A stretch of DNA of 64,000 nt from assembly GCF_963921235.1 (NCBI RefSeq), contig NC_086108.1, forward strand, positions 55,492,001 to 55,556,000, read 5' to 3'. The notes beneath the pieces were generated by a model, which did no database searches, was not told the origin of the DNA, and saw nothing but the letters and a program-made list of their open reading frames with translations. Position numbers and translations under genes: made by a program. Of this stretch, positions 13,831 to 27,108 are shown piece after piece. Positions within the stretch are counted from its first letter, which is position 1; each line of letters opens with the position of its first letter. This DNA comes from Mobula hypostoma (lineage: Eukaryota).

Positions 13831-16404
13831 TCATGATCCTCAGTCTCAGGCTGTGGATGCACCTACAATATTCGTGTGGACCAGTCCTTGTAGTTGGCCT
13901 CCCTCAACCCCGTATCTGGAATCAGGCCTTAGACACTCTTGCTGTTTCCGATTGCATCAATAATGTGGTGAACATTAGCATTTTCCTTACCTCAGCAACC
14001 AAAAAATCCAAGGAAAGCATCATAGACACAGTCTTTTTACGTTATACCCCAACTTGACATTCAAGAAAGAGTACAGTCATCAGTCTTTGTGATGTGCCAG
14101 TCATAGCTGAAAGCTGGTTGTGTGGGTAAACTACAGAAGTGCATTTTGGATTTATTGTTAAATGTGTTGGAGTAGATTAAATTTAGATTCTTAGAGACCG
14201 TTAGTGGGTGAGTTATGTGTATGAGGTAGATGAGGCAGTATTCAAGGTTAAATCTGCATTTGTTGTAATGTGACATTTAACAAGGTATTAATTGACAATC
14301 ACTCATAATAGCATCAATCTTGTTGCATTGCATCCAAGTCCTCTATTTCTGACCCTTGGAGATGGCTAAGGTTATCATTTCACACTGTTCTTGAATGCAA
14401 ATGAAGGACATCCAGTCATTGTCAGAAACAGGTATTTACTTTCGCCTTCTCAACATCCCTCAGGTGTTAGAAAATCTGGAAACTGGGGTGCTCCTCTGGA
14501 ATGCATCCCAAGGCAGAATAAGTTTCGGGGAACCTGCTGCAACTACTTAAACTAAATAGGCTGCATTTTAAAATGGTAGTCTACTAATAACTGCTACCAG
14601 CCATGAACAAAATTAGGACCCATATTGGAGGAAAGATCCTGGGAAGAGTGAGGTTGGTGTGGGTAAACCTGCTCCGTACTCACTGTTCCCAGTATAGTAA
14701 TTGCATAAATGAACAGGCAGTAAGAAATTGGTGAGCTGCCTCTGGGGGAATCTGCAGGTATTAATTATGCTTTGCAATCTCTCTGCTATGTTTTGGGTCT
14801 TAATCTCACTTAACTCTCATTGAGACCATGATACAGATCAAAATATTAAGACAAATGATGTATGTTTGAATTTCTGGGCTTCCTGTTATCTCTCTTCCTT
14901 TTAAACTTTTCAACATGTCTTTCCTTTCTTGTTCTTTTCCCAAAAATTCAAATGCTGGATCTATTTCACTGCTTGTCCCAGTGAATTCCACATTCTCTTC
15001 CTTCAATAAAGGCATCTCTCTTGCGTTTTCTATTCAATGTATGGTGATCTTCTAAAATTTATTACCTTCCAATTTGAACTCCCACACAATTTTTCATGTT
15101 TTTTTTTAAAATGATGTCATGAGTCTTGATGTCATCTGTCTGCATGCAGTTGGTTCAAGCGATTTAGGAGGAATTTGGGAGCTGGATGATCTAGTTTTAT
15201 ACTTGCAGAAAATGAGCTACCTCATTAGGACCAAAGGAGGAAAAAAACTGCTGGGTAGCTTTATGCTGAGGTAGTCCTGAGCTTAGAACTGTATACTTTA
15301 ATGGTCAGTGTTACTAATGACATGTGTTACATATTTCAAGATATTTCTCTTTGGAAAGCTATGAGTGCATTGATTTTATTCCAAGATGAATACCAGACAT
15401 TTGTGTCGCTGACATCAATTCACAGCCTTTAAATGGAAAAGGAAACAACAGTTTAAAAGGGAGCACAATCGCGAGGAATCATTTAAATTTTTATGAAGAC
15501 TGGTGATGTACATCACTACCACATTTTGAATATTTTTTGCAATTTATTTTGATCTAGAGATGTAAAACATTACTATTATTTTGTCATCTATGTTAGTGCA
15601 TGAAAAAATAAATTCAGGTATTTACATTTTTCTTTGTACATAAAGAAATTTTGAATTCAGGAAGACCTAGAGTTCAATGAATGCTATTCATTTTATCCAA
15701 ATAATTTTGAATATGCACATTGCGATATGTTATGATTTTATGTTCATTGCTAATCCAGATTACCTAATTAGCAATAACATTACCTAAATATTTCATGATT
15801 AGATTTTTGCATGCTAATAAAGAAAATAATGTTTGCACTGTATTCCAATTTAAATTTCAAGTACACTGATTTCACTTATTTAACAGTTGCTTGGTGTCCT
15901 CTGTCCAACAGAAATCTTGACTTTATCCTTTTCAGATAGTTTATTTGGAATGAGAAATGGTAACTTTTGATGTTACTTGGATGTATATTAGAAGTATGTT
16001 ATCGATCGTTGTTTTCAAGAAAAAGACAAACCAAACCAAACTATGAAAATTTTCTTTTCTAATTACTCTCTTTGATTCTCTGGATACCAGATCAGTTACT
16101 TGTCTCATAAATAACCATATTTATGTCTGAGATTAGACAGAGATTAATAAGGATTTTTAACTGTGCCATCCTTGTTTAGTTCCAAGAGAATCTTGTTGTG
16201 TGTAATCACAGATCCCATTCCAGAGGCACAACACATAAACTACATGTAATCTTAGTGTCAATAATGTCAAGGGAATAAAGTGCTGAGGTAACTTAAATAA
16301 AACTTGTGATCCAACTGCCCTTGCTTCCTGAGATGAGCTTCCTTGAAGTTGCTATGAGTTTGTGAGTGATTTTGATGCTGAGGTTTGAGCAGTCAAGCTG
16401 TCAT

Positions 16405-16900
16405 TTCTGACCCAGAAAGACAACCGACAAAAGCAGTGTGGTGTACAGCACCTGTGAAAGCTGCACCAAGAATTACGTCAGCCAGACAGGATGAAACTCT
16501 TCACTCGTTTACGGGAACACAAACTGGCAGAATGGAGACATGATCCACCTTCACTGATCTTGGTGCATGAAGACTGAGAAGGACGCCACCGTGGAAGTTC
16601 TCTTGCAGGCAAACACGAAGCAGACGTGAGAATTTTTAGAAGCGTGGTTCTCGTCTGATAACTCCGTAAACACACACCTCAAAATAGATGCCATTGACAA
16701 ACCCTAAGAGACAAAGAAACATGAGCAAATTGAATTCAAAGGTCACCTGAAGGGCTAGCCAAACAGGTCCAAGGCAAGCGAAAGGGAGCCTATATAAATG
16801 TGAGCACTCCCAGAGAGAAGTATCAACAACTATGCACTGAGGATGTTACCTTGACTCGTGATGAAACGTCTCCAAGCTAATTGTAAAACTCAACAAACAC
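16405..16900 (+). mobile_element. Penelope-like element (Poseidon-type) 3' remnant: decayed GIY-YIG endonuclease and pLTR
   Basis: Frameshifted translation KSSVVYSTCESCTKNYVSQTG*..FTRLREHKLAEWRHD; hammerhead downstream. Confidence 0.75.
16833..16874 (+). ncRNA. Minimal type I hammerhead ribozyme motif (Poseidon-type PLE)
   Basis: tgca-CTGAGGA-tgttaccttgactcgtgat-GAAAC-GTC-tcca; core intact, stem I has one mismatch. Confidence 0.7.
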
Positions 16901-16949
16901 TGTGACATCAAAATCGTGTAATCCCTCAAAATGAGGGATGTGAAATGTG

Positions 16950-18604
16950 AACCGGGACAGGATGAGATGTATCCCAGGCTACTGTGGGAGGCAAGAGAGG
17001 AGATTGCTGAGCCTCTGTCAATGATCTTTGCATCATCAATGGGACGGGAGAAGTTCCGGAGGACTGGAGGGTTGCAGATGTTGTTCCATTATTCAACAGA
17101 GGGAGTAGAGATAGCCCAGGAAATTATAGACTAGTGAGTCTTAGTTCAGTGGTTGTTAAGTTGATGGAGAAGATCCTGAGAGGCAGGATTTATGAACATT
17201 TGGAGAGGCATAACATGATTAGAAATAGTCAGCATGGCTTTGTGAAAGGCAGATTGTGAGCCTGATTGAATTTTTTGAGGATGTGACTAAACACATTGAT
17301 GAAAGTAGAGCAGTAGATGTAGTGTATATGGATATCAGCAAGGTATTTGACAAGGTACCCCATGCAAGGCTTGTTGAGAAAGTAAGGAGGCATAGGATCC
17401 AAGGGGACATTGCTTTTTGGATCCACAACTGGCTTGCCCACAGAAGGCAAAGGGTGGTTGTAGATGAGTCATATTCTGCATGGAGGTCGGTCACCAGTGG
17501 TGTGCCTCAGGGATCTGTTCTGGGACCCTTGCTCTCGTGATTTTTATAAATAACCTGGATGAAGAAATGGAGGGAGAGGTTAGTAAGTTTGCTGGTGACA
17601 CAAAGGTTGGAGGTGTGTGGTTCGTGTGGAGGGCTATCGGAGGTTACAGCAGGACATTAATAGGGTGCAAAACTGGGCTGAGAAGTGGCAGATGGAGTTC
17701 AACCCAAATAAGTGTGAAGTGACACACATCAAAGTTGCTGGTGAACGCAGCAGGCCAGGCAGCATCTGTAGTAAGAGGTGCAGTCGACATTTCAGGCCGA
17801 GACCCTTCGTCAGGACAAAATGAAGTGGTTCATTTTGGTAGGTCAAATATGATGACAGAATATAGTATTAATGGTAAGACTCTTGGGAGTGTGGAGAATC
17901 AGAGGGATCTTGGGGTCCGAGTCCATAGGACACTCAAGGCTGCTGCGCGGGTTAACTCTGTGGTTAAGAAGGTATACGGTGCATTGGCCTTCATCAATCA
18001 TGGGATTGAGTTCAGGAGCCGAGAAGTAATGTTACAGCTATATAGGACCCTGGTCAGAACCCACTTGAAGCACTGTGCTCAGTTCTGATTGCCTCACTGT
18101 AGGAAGGATGTGGAAACCATAGAAAGGGTGCAGGGGAGATTTACGAGGATGTTGCCTGCATTGGGGAGCATGCTTTATGAGAATAGGTTGAGTGAACTTG
18201 GCCTTTTCTCCTTGGAGCGACAGAGGATGAGAGGTGACCTGATAGAGGTGTTTAAGATGATGAGAGGCATTGACTGTGTGGATAGTCAGAGGCTTTTCCC
18301 CAGGGCTGAAATGGCTAGCATGGGAGGGTGCAGTTTTAAGGTGCTTGGAAGAAGGTACAGAGGAGATGTCAGGGGTAAGTTTTTTTTTACACAGAGTGGT
18401 GAGTGTGTGGAATGGGCTGCCAACGATGGTGGTGGAGGTGGATACAGTAGGGTCTTTTAAGAGACTCCTGGACAGGTACGTGGAGTTCAGAAACATAGAG
18501 GGCTATGGGTAACCCTAGGTAATTTCTAAGGTAGGGACATGTTTGGCACAGCATTGTTGGCCGAAGGGCCTGTATTGAGCTGTAGGTTTTCTATGTTTCT
18601 ATGT
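16950..18604 (+). mobile_element. CR1 LINE, 5'-truncated (RT through 3' tail)
   Basis: YPRLLWEAREEIAEPL; VDVVYMDISKVFDKVPH; VTSGVPQGSVLGP; FAGDTKVGG; tail ttttctatgtttctatg. Confidence 0.95.
17722..17820 (-). mobile_element. 99-bp Penelope-like hammerhead unit inserted in the CR1
   Basis: Splits CR1 KCEV|VHFG; TSD TGAAGTG (17715-17721 and 17821-17827); hammerhead at 17782-17816 on the minus strand. Confidence 0.92.
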
Positions 18605-21600
18605 GAAAATAGAACTCTTTTCATAATTGAATGTGCATTAACAGCATACAAGAATCAGAGTGAAGCTCTGCTTCTATCATTCTCCATCTCAACTGAATGA
18701 AATTCCCAATATGCTGATGGAAGATGGGGAATGTTCATGAAGGAGGCTGTAGATAGTTTGCAGAATGTATGATGCAGTTCTGGACATAGAGGCTGAATAT
18801 AGTGCAGTATGCGATTCAGTTTGGCAGCAGTCTGCAAAGTCATTATTTTCCCCTGTAGGTAGGAGAAGGTGTTTCAGGAATCTTCAGTCATCTGCTGAAG
18901 ACTAACTTGCTGGACTTTGGTGATATCCTACAAACCTGATTAAAAACAAGCTCAGCGTTGAATGGATTTATTCTGAATATTCTAATCTGGCAGAATCTAT
19001 TTGTATAGCAGTAGAAGTTCAAACATCACTGCTGTATTGCTTTTGATGGGACAACTGTGAAGACTAAATTGTCTACCAATAACATGTTGGAGAGGATGAT
19101 TTGAGCAATGTAAAATTATTTTATTCAGTTTCTGCTAGATTTGCATGCTCCTTTGGATTCGGCACACACACTCAGACAGACTTCCCGGTACACCAAGTAT
19201 TTCATTATGTAAACCCTATGTGCTTTCTTCTGTAGCATGCCCTTGAAATCTTCTTTTGAGTTTTTTTTTGTCAGAGAATCTATGTGTAGCCTTTACTTTT
19301 GGCACTCTTACTCCTGTCCCGATCACAGTTCATGTGCTATATTTTTGTCTGAGCCTTTAGTTTCCCTAAGTTAATGGGCTTGTTCATCAAATCAAATGAT
19401 AGTGTGTCTTAATTATCACTTCCTTTGTGTTGTTTCTTCACTGCCTGGTCAGGTTGAACTTAATTATTTGAAAGATGAAAGACACAAGGCCAGTTGTCAT
19501 GAGATGAAGGAGAAAAAGGTGGTGGTTAGATTAATTGCAGGTTGTAAGAAAGGAAGGTTATGAAGGAAAACATTTATGAAATACTATCAGCTTCAGTTTA
19601 TTCAGCCTTGCTCTGCTTGCTATGGGTTTGTCAGTGTTATTTCCTATATTGTCATTTTTGTATTTTCTCTGGCAATGAGCTCATGCTTCAGCTGCTGTTT
19701 CCTAGTGTCTCACACTTTCTCCTGCAAAACAGCTGTGTTCAGAATTGCCATGTGATTTTGTAAAGTGATGCAGCAATCATAATTGAATTTCTGAAGGGGC
19801 TTTGGACTTGCAACTCTTTAAACTGTGTAAATGCATGGTAAGGACACTGATTGAAGAAAGTTCTTTGTGTGTAAGTGATAGGAGTGTGAATAATTGTGCA
19901 GTGGCATTATGTAGCACTTGAGGATGCATTCACTAGCCTTCACCATTCCTTCAAAGTTATTTAACTTGCACTACAATCAGGCCCTTGGGGATTAACAGCT
20001 TGTAAGGCTGTATTCTCCTACTATCACTTGAGCTGTGAGTAACATTTTCAATAACGTTCTAAAAAGAAGTATTAAGCTTGCCATTCAGTGTACGTTCAAA
20101 TGAATGAACTCAAAGTTCCTGGGCTAGCTCTAACTTGCTGCAGGTTCTGTGGGTGGACTCTTCACCCTAAATGATGAATCTAGCAATGGAACACTGGTTG
20201 GGAAATCACCGGTGTAGCTCAGCAGACAGTCCTAGGACCTTGATGTTCATGTGGGAATACCAAACCAGCTGACACTTCCAAGGTTAATTGGTGGCAAATA
20301 GCTGCATAATGTGCTGTAGTTTCTCAGCAACTTCAAGCTCATGATATGATTTTGTATGGAGACTCCCTTTTATGGAATTTAACACAATACTTCAATGAAA
20401 CACTGAGCTTCTACTGTTTCTGGCTGCTAATAAGACAATATCCCCCTGGATCTCTGCAAAGTCTTCTGTTGGTTAGTTTTTAATCACCATCTCAGGGCTA
20501 GGTGCAGTACTTCTCTGATCTATTGTGTACAATGTCTCACCTTCCAGAACTCTGCAGGACAAACAAAGAGCATTACAATTTTGTTTTACTTTTGTGAAAG
20601 GGGTTCTTCAGTATTGCCGACAGCCTGGACCCAAGGAAAATAGTATTGTTTCTACAGGGTTTGCTTGCCTTTTCAAATAATGGTGGACTGGTGCAGAGTA
20701 TAGTCACTGTGATGTTATGCATGGGCATATTAGTTTCTTTTCATGGTTTGACTGAAAATACTCTTTTTTTTCATAATGAAGGTTATTAAGTCCTTGAGAT
20801 CTCTAGATGCATCATTAATGAACATCCACACCTCTAGAAAGCCAATCACATGGTAAAAGTATTGTACAAGTGGTTGTTTTTGGCATCTGATGAAGAAAAA
20901 TAAAAGACTGTTCTCTTTGTCTTTGTGACTTACTCTATAATGCACTGACTAATATAGCAAATCTCACTAATGATTGATTGAAAGAATAATTTGTAAATAT
21001 TCATATATGTGACTAGTAGTCACAGCAATGGATAGCCCTGGCCATACGTCTGACCTTTTCTGGAGTTTAGTTTTGAGCAGATGGCATAATTCTGTTGACA
21101 GCCTGATTCATGAATAATTGATGGTGGAAGACAGCTGCCAATTGCTTAGTTTCTGACTGGGATGTCAGTACTTTGGCAGCAAGTGCAATGTATGTCTGAC
21201 TGCCTACAGTGAATTAATACTGTTTTTGCATTATATATCATTTTATGCAAATGTAATATTTCAGTGGATGCAGAAAAAAAGCTTACTAGGGTGCCCATTA
21301 TAGCTACTAAGTCTGAAATCTCAGTGTATCACAATTGAGTTGAAGATAAATGTAAATAAAATAGCCCTTGTTACTTCATTTGAAACTACTTTTTCTTCTC
21401 TCCCTAAGCAAGAGGCAGATTTTGCCTACCTGTTCTGTTGCTAATAAGGCAGAGGAGACAGTTACATTTCTTCAATACATTTTAAACAATTATTTTATTT
21501 TCTGTAATTTTCCTTCAAATCTTTAGGAAAGACTTTTTTATTCTAGTGTTGTGGAAGATAACTTAAAATGAAGTTGTTGAATAAACATCCTTAAAGCCTT

Positions 21601-22267
21601 TATTAATTCTGCAGTTAAAAGAACCCAGGAGCTTATCTGCCAACATTCCAGGATCTTCCTGCTGGCTGTAATTGTGCACTGCTCTTTTGCAAAGGAGTGC
21701 AGGTGAAAACTTACTTTGTATGTCCATAACTGCCTCTGGCAATCATAGTACTGAAGCATTCAAGGCCCCAAACTGCTTTCAGTCATGAAAAGAATGTCAA
21801 TCATTACTCTCTACTTCTTGCCACACGCAGTTTTAGTTCTATTTTCTCACTTTTCTTTAAATCCCAAATGCGACTTTTCCTACCAGTTTTCCATTTCATT
21901 GGAGACTTATTCCATTATATCAATTGTAACCCTCAGCCACCCTTCTCATTAGCTGGCCTTAAGAATATAGTGCCAACTGCTTTTGATATCTGCATTTCAA
22001 AATGATAATTTATACTGTTCGTGTAGAATTTATCACAGTAATTATTCAGCAACTTATTTAAGATTATTAATGTAATTAATGTTAATGTACAGGAATTTTT
22101 GGAAACCCATTTGCTAGGTTGTTTTCTTGAGGTTAACACCAGAAATGGACCAAACACAGCAACGTAGCAACTTTAAGTTCACAATCACTGAAAGTTTATT
22201 CCTTTGTAGTACATAAAGCTTCAGTATAGTTTGGCAGAAAAGTTTGGGTTATTAAATATTTCTAATG

Positions 22268-22540
22268 TTTAGAGATGCAGCACAGAATAGGCCCTTCCAG
22301 CTGTGCCACCCCTGACAAGCTCCGATTTAACCCTAACATAATCACAGGACAGCTTACAATGACCAATTAACTTACTACCAGCATGTCTTTGGACTGTGAG
22401 AGGAAACTGGGGCACCCAAAGAAAACCCACAGCTTCCACAGGGAGGGAATGTGGACTCCTTACGGAGGATGCCAGGATTGAACTCTGAACTCTTGGTGCC
22501 CTGGGCTGTAATAGCATCACACTAACCACTGTATTACCCT
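22268..22540 (-). mobile_element. V-SINE (HE1-like) with CR1-type tail
   Basis: A and B boxes (cagtggttag; gagttcaatcc), V-domain gtgggttttctttgggtgccccagtttcctctcacagtccaaagac, tail gaagggcctattctgtgctgcatctctaaa. Confidence 0.85.
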
Positions 22541-23096
22541 GGCATTCCACTGTAGTCTGTTGTTTAATCATGTCTTGTTGCTGAAACATCAATTGATCTA
22601 AACACATTTTAGAAGCTGTGCAACTCATGTATGTAATCAACTGTTTCAGTTGACAAGATTGAAACTGAAAGGGAATTGATGGATTGCATGATGAAAGCAG
22701 AGAAAAAAATCAGCTGGCATCCATTTACAAAGTGCACTCGAGAGTTATGATTGCTTATGAAAGAGATATTTCTTTGTGGACAAACAAGTGCAAAAGCAAA
22801 TACATACATATGTTAACAATGAAACACTGTGTATTAATGATCTATAATGACAGTAAAGGATGCAGTATTAGGATCACTGTTACAATTTATAGCTTGCTAA
22901 CAGACACAGATGACTGATGGCTGACCTCACATCTGGATAGATTTTTAAAAATTGCAGTTAGTAACTGTCAGAGTAAATTATTTTTAAGTAATTTGAATGG
23001 CTGATCTGCAGGCTGATATTTGCACACAAACACCTGCACACACTGGGCCCTTTTATAGTCTACTGTAATTTTTCAAACATTTTGATAAGAATAGAT

Positions 23097-23829
23097 CAGT
23101 GGTCCCCAACCACCAGGCCGCAGAGCATGTGCTACCGGGCCGCAAGGAAATGATATGAGTCAGCTGTTGAACTTGAACATAGGGTTGCCAACTGTCCCGT
23201 ATTTGCTGAGACACCCCGTATATTGGACTAAATTAGTTTGTCCCATATTTCCCCTGCTAAGGTAGAGTGTTCCTATGAAACCTTTCATGCCGAAATGGCG
23301 TGAAGCAAAGAAGCAATTACCATTAATTTATATGGGAAAATTTTTTGAGCATTCCCAGACCCAAAAAATAACCTAACAAATCATACCAAATAACACGTAA
23401 AGCGGAAAATAAATAACAGTAACATATAGTAAAAGCAGGAATGATATGATAAATACACAGCCTATATAAAGTAGAAATAATGTATGTACAGTGTAGTCGG
23501 GAAGATGAAGGCAAAACCAATTTGTGGGGAAAAATCGGCACGGACGTGCATGCACACATCTCATGAGCACGTCACGCATGCGCACACAGGTGCCCGCGCA
23601 AGGCTTCATGGTTATGGTAGTCTCCGTTGGAGTAAAGTGTCCCGGGATTTGACTGCTACTATTGTTCCTTTTTTGGGAGTGAGAAAGTTAGCAGCCCTAA
23701 CTGTAAAAGACATGTTGAGGTGAGTTCAACCCTACTTGAACATCACCCCGCCCACCCCGGTCAGCCGGTCTGCAAGAATATTGCCAATATTAAACCGGTC
23801 CACTGTGCAAAAAAGGTTGGGGACCCCTG
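23097..23829. mobile_element. hAT (Charlie-like) non-autonomous element
   Basis: TIRs CAGTGGTCCCCAACC / GGTTGGGGACCCCTG; 8-bp TSD GAATAGAT (23089-23096 and 23830-23837). Confidence 0.93.
23180..23734. mobile_element. Second hAT non-autonomous element nested in the first
   Basis: Left TIR TAGGGTTGCCAAC; right TIR-like ends at 23687-23699 and 23724-23734; 8-bp TSD CTTGAACA (23172-23179 and 23735-23742). Confidence 0.82.
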
Positions 23830-25289
23830 GAATAGATGATGTGACTGTTTTTGGAATCTGGTGCAAAAAGTTAACAGCTGGAAGAATTCAGCAGTTCAAG
23901 CAGCATCTGTGAAAGCAAAAGCATACCTTGTTGAGATCCTTCTATAGACATTTACATGCAAGACATGACTCCTTGCCTATGGTTCTTGTGTACTCTGGGA
24001 ATTCCAGAAATGAAGGCATATTGTCTAGAAATAATAGTGTTGGCTGATGAATTCTTCAGTGGCCAGTTTACAAGATAATTTATCTTGCTTTTATTTTGTT
24101 TGATCACAGACTATCTAATTGAATTGAGGTCTCTCTTCAGACAAATTCAAATAGCAGCCCAAAAAATGAAACACGGAAAAGACAAAGAACAAAAAATAAT
24201 CAAAGTCAAGGAAAATATTCTTCAAATTGCTTTAAAATGCACCATTTTGGGAATGGTGGTTATGTTGAAAAAGGTGACCTTAAATTAAATGGTGAACCAC
24301 TTTTTGACTAAAGCTTTATAAATTAGTTACAGTATTGTCTGTTGACTGTTTTTCTTGAACACCTCATATGGCTGATGAAGTTGCCTGCAGCCTTGCTGAT
24401 ATAATGTTTTTTTTATTGGATATAATCCATCGCAACATTATAAACTATTAAGTCTCATTGGCAGACTGAAGTCTGTTGTTTACCTGTGCTAAGCAAGTGA
24501 AACACTGTTAAATATATTTTTATGATTCATTATTTGACTCTTAAGATATTGGAGTTTCAGAGTGTGGGTTGTGCTTATCAGAGTCACTTACCTCAATAAA
24601 TTTCCTTAAGTGTTCAGCCATTTTTATGATACTATCAGACATGTGCAACTGGAGATGTTGGAATATGGAACCAAAAGTAAATTGTAGGAAGAGCTCAGTG
24701 CACAGAGCAACATCCATGGAAACAAAGGGATGATTAATAATTTGGGTTATTTAATTTTAAATCAAAACTTTTGGCAATAAATTGTAGTAAGGATAGCTTA
24801 ATTAAACATCTGCAGTCTTCAGTGAAAAGCAGTAGGGTTTCCTCATAGCATACAAGATGGCATGGAGCACAATTGGTCTCTTAGAAATCCATTTCAACAA
24901 TGATTCTTTTCTTTCAGAATTCTTTTTGAGAAGGTGTAAGCATTAGAAGCTAATTGGGTGTACTCCTAGAGCGAAGACGGGACAACAATGTACATTAAAC
25001 TGGTATCCATTATATACAGTCCAGTCAGTACATAATCTATATTTTGCCTGCTTCGCTAACATAATTGTTGAATTTAACCAGTTCAAAGTGCTTTGATTGT
25101 CTTGTTAATTCAGCAGGAGCTGACTTTCTGGCGTGACGAACTCCAACTGAAGTTAGGCTGCATATCCTACAACAGGGTAGATATATGGAAGCTGTAAGTG
25201 CTTTCTGTAACTTAAACAGTCTTTCAGAAATAGCATAATTGTAAAACATATGAGATCTAGGGTTTTGCAGTGTTGTATTGAAGGGAGTG

Positions 25290-25505
25290 GAAAATGCTGG
25301 AAATGCTCACCAGGTCAAACATCATCTTCACAGAGAGAAATGGAGTTAACATTTCATGTTGATGATTTTTTTAAGGATACTTTGGTGTTTTTCCTTTATT
25401 AGTGGTCATTTTTCTGAAATGTTTAACTGTACATCTCTCTGCAGAGATCCTGCCTGACCCAACTGAATGTTTCTAGCATTCTGTTTTTCTTTCGGATTGC
25501 AGCAC
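25290..25505. mobile_element. Old fold-back pair of Penelope-like 3' ends
   Basis: aaaatgctggaaat...gagagaaatggagttaacatttca mirrored by tgaaatgtttaactgtacatctctct...tgtttctagcatt. Confidence 0.6.
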
Positions 25506-25887
25506 TGAAAGCCAACTAGGGAGTAGAGAGGAGCAGTAATATCCAGTTTCTGCAGGGTGCTAGGAGCCCCTCGATGCACACACCCAAATCGTAGTTGGAG
25601 AAATATCTACCGTGGTCACAGCCAAGAGTGAAACCTTGAGAGCCTCTGCACAGATTTCGATTTATCCTTAAGAGTGAACAGAGTTGCACATCTTCAGATA
25701 ATATACCTCAATTACAAAATGAGCCTCATACCCAGCTTAATTCACCTCACCCTCAGAACTCACTAACTGATAACTTCTATCAGTCTGTACCCAGATCTAA
25801 CACTAATATTCCCCACCACACCCTCTTGTGCTTGGCACAGCTGCACCACTAATTTCACCTTGACCACTTAGAAGAAGAATGACCGTA

Positions 25888-26140
25888 TTAGCTTTATTTG
25901 TCACAAGGACATTGAAACATAGTGAAATGTGTTGTTGATGAGGACAGTCTGAGGATTGCAGTGCTCCTGGCACCAGCAAAGCATGCCCACAACCTACCAA
26001 CCCTTACTAACTCGTATGGCTTTGAAACATTGGCGGAAACCCACACAGTCACAGGCAGGCCGCACAAACTGCTTGCTAGAGGTTGAGTCCTGGTCACTTG
26101 TGCTGTAAAGCGTTGCACTAGCTGCTGCACTGCCAGGCCA
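25888..26140 (-). mobile_element. V-SINE, decayed
   Basis: Similar to 54355-54660 (gtgactgtgtgggtttcc; tail gtgacaaataaagct). Confidence 0.7.
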
Positions 26141-26557
26141 CACTCGCTGAAGACAAGATGGTTTTCAGATGCACTTAGAGCTCAGATGATTTAAAAACTT
26201 TCCAGTTACTAGGAGCCATATGCAAAGTGTGATCCAAAAGGACAAAACTTTAGAGGATTTATTTAAATAAATCAGCAATATTTTCCTTTTTTTTAGGATA
26301 CTTTATACTGCCATTCTTTTTTTCTGCAATCAATCAGGTTTTAATTGCATATATTCCTACATCTTTACAAGTATTTCATCTTATTGTAATTTCACTTTAT
26401 TCTGAACTGGTTCTCTCTGGTCCTGGTGAGCTTTTATTTCTAAAGCTATTGTTGTAATTTACAGTTGTCCATTATATGCCTCTTCTATGTCATGCCGTAA
26501 TAGTTTTATAATAAGACCCACTGAAAAAAATGACAAGTTATTGGTATTCATTCTGTA

Positions 26558-26770
26558 AGCAACAAACAACCTGCTGGCACTCATCAAGGGTGGGGCAGCA
26601 TCTGGGAGTGGGGGTGGGAAAAGCAGGAGGAAGGAACTGTCAATATTTCAGGTCAGTCCTGAAGCAGGGTTTTGACCTGAAATGTTGATACTTCCTTCAC
26701 CCCACCACACCCCTTCTCCAAAAGATGCTGCTCAACCAGATGAGTTCCTCCTGCAGATTGTGTGCTGCTC
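26558..26770. mobile_element. Fold-back pair of Penelope-like 3' ends with a decayed hammerhead at the centre
   Basis: tcaatatttcaggtca / tgacctgaaatgttga inverted around gtcctgaagcagggttt; arms gcagcatct / agatgctgc. Confidence 0.7.
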
Positions 26771-26924
26771 TTTGACTTTGAAACTGGTAAGAGCAAAGTT
26801 GGGAATTGAGCCGGAAAGTATTTCTAACAAGTGCAGTCTTCTGCACTGTAATGCAAAAATGTGATATTTTATGTGTTGCATGGAATATTAATAATGTATA
26901 AAAGCTACGTGGTTTCTAACAGGA

Positions 26925-27108
26925 TTTTTGTATTTGCACAATTTGTTTTCTTTCACACATTGGTTCTATCTGTCTTTGTGTGCAGCTTTTCAATGATCCT
27001 ATTGTATTTCTTTGTTCTGTCGTGAATACCTGCAAGAAAATGAATCCTGGGGTAGTATATGGTAGCATATCCCACCATAATAAATTTACGTTGAACTTTC
27101 AACTTTGT
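26925..27108 (+). mobile_element. Rex1-like 3' UTR and tail
   Basis: Ends aataaatttacgttgaactttcaactttg, a short-repeat tail. Confidence 0.5.

Noticed and set aside
14806..15015. 69-aa charged ORF as a host exon
   Set aside because: No clear splice sites; the DNA (gaatgtggaattcactg...gcagtgaa) resembles a decayed CR1 3' region.
24918..24935. 18-nt microexon between tttcag and gtaagc
   Set aside because: Such signals occur by chance in 64 kb and nothing else supports it.
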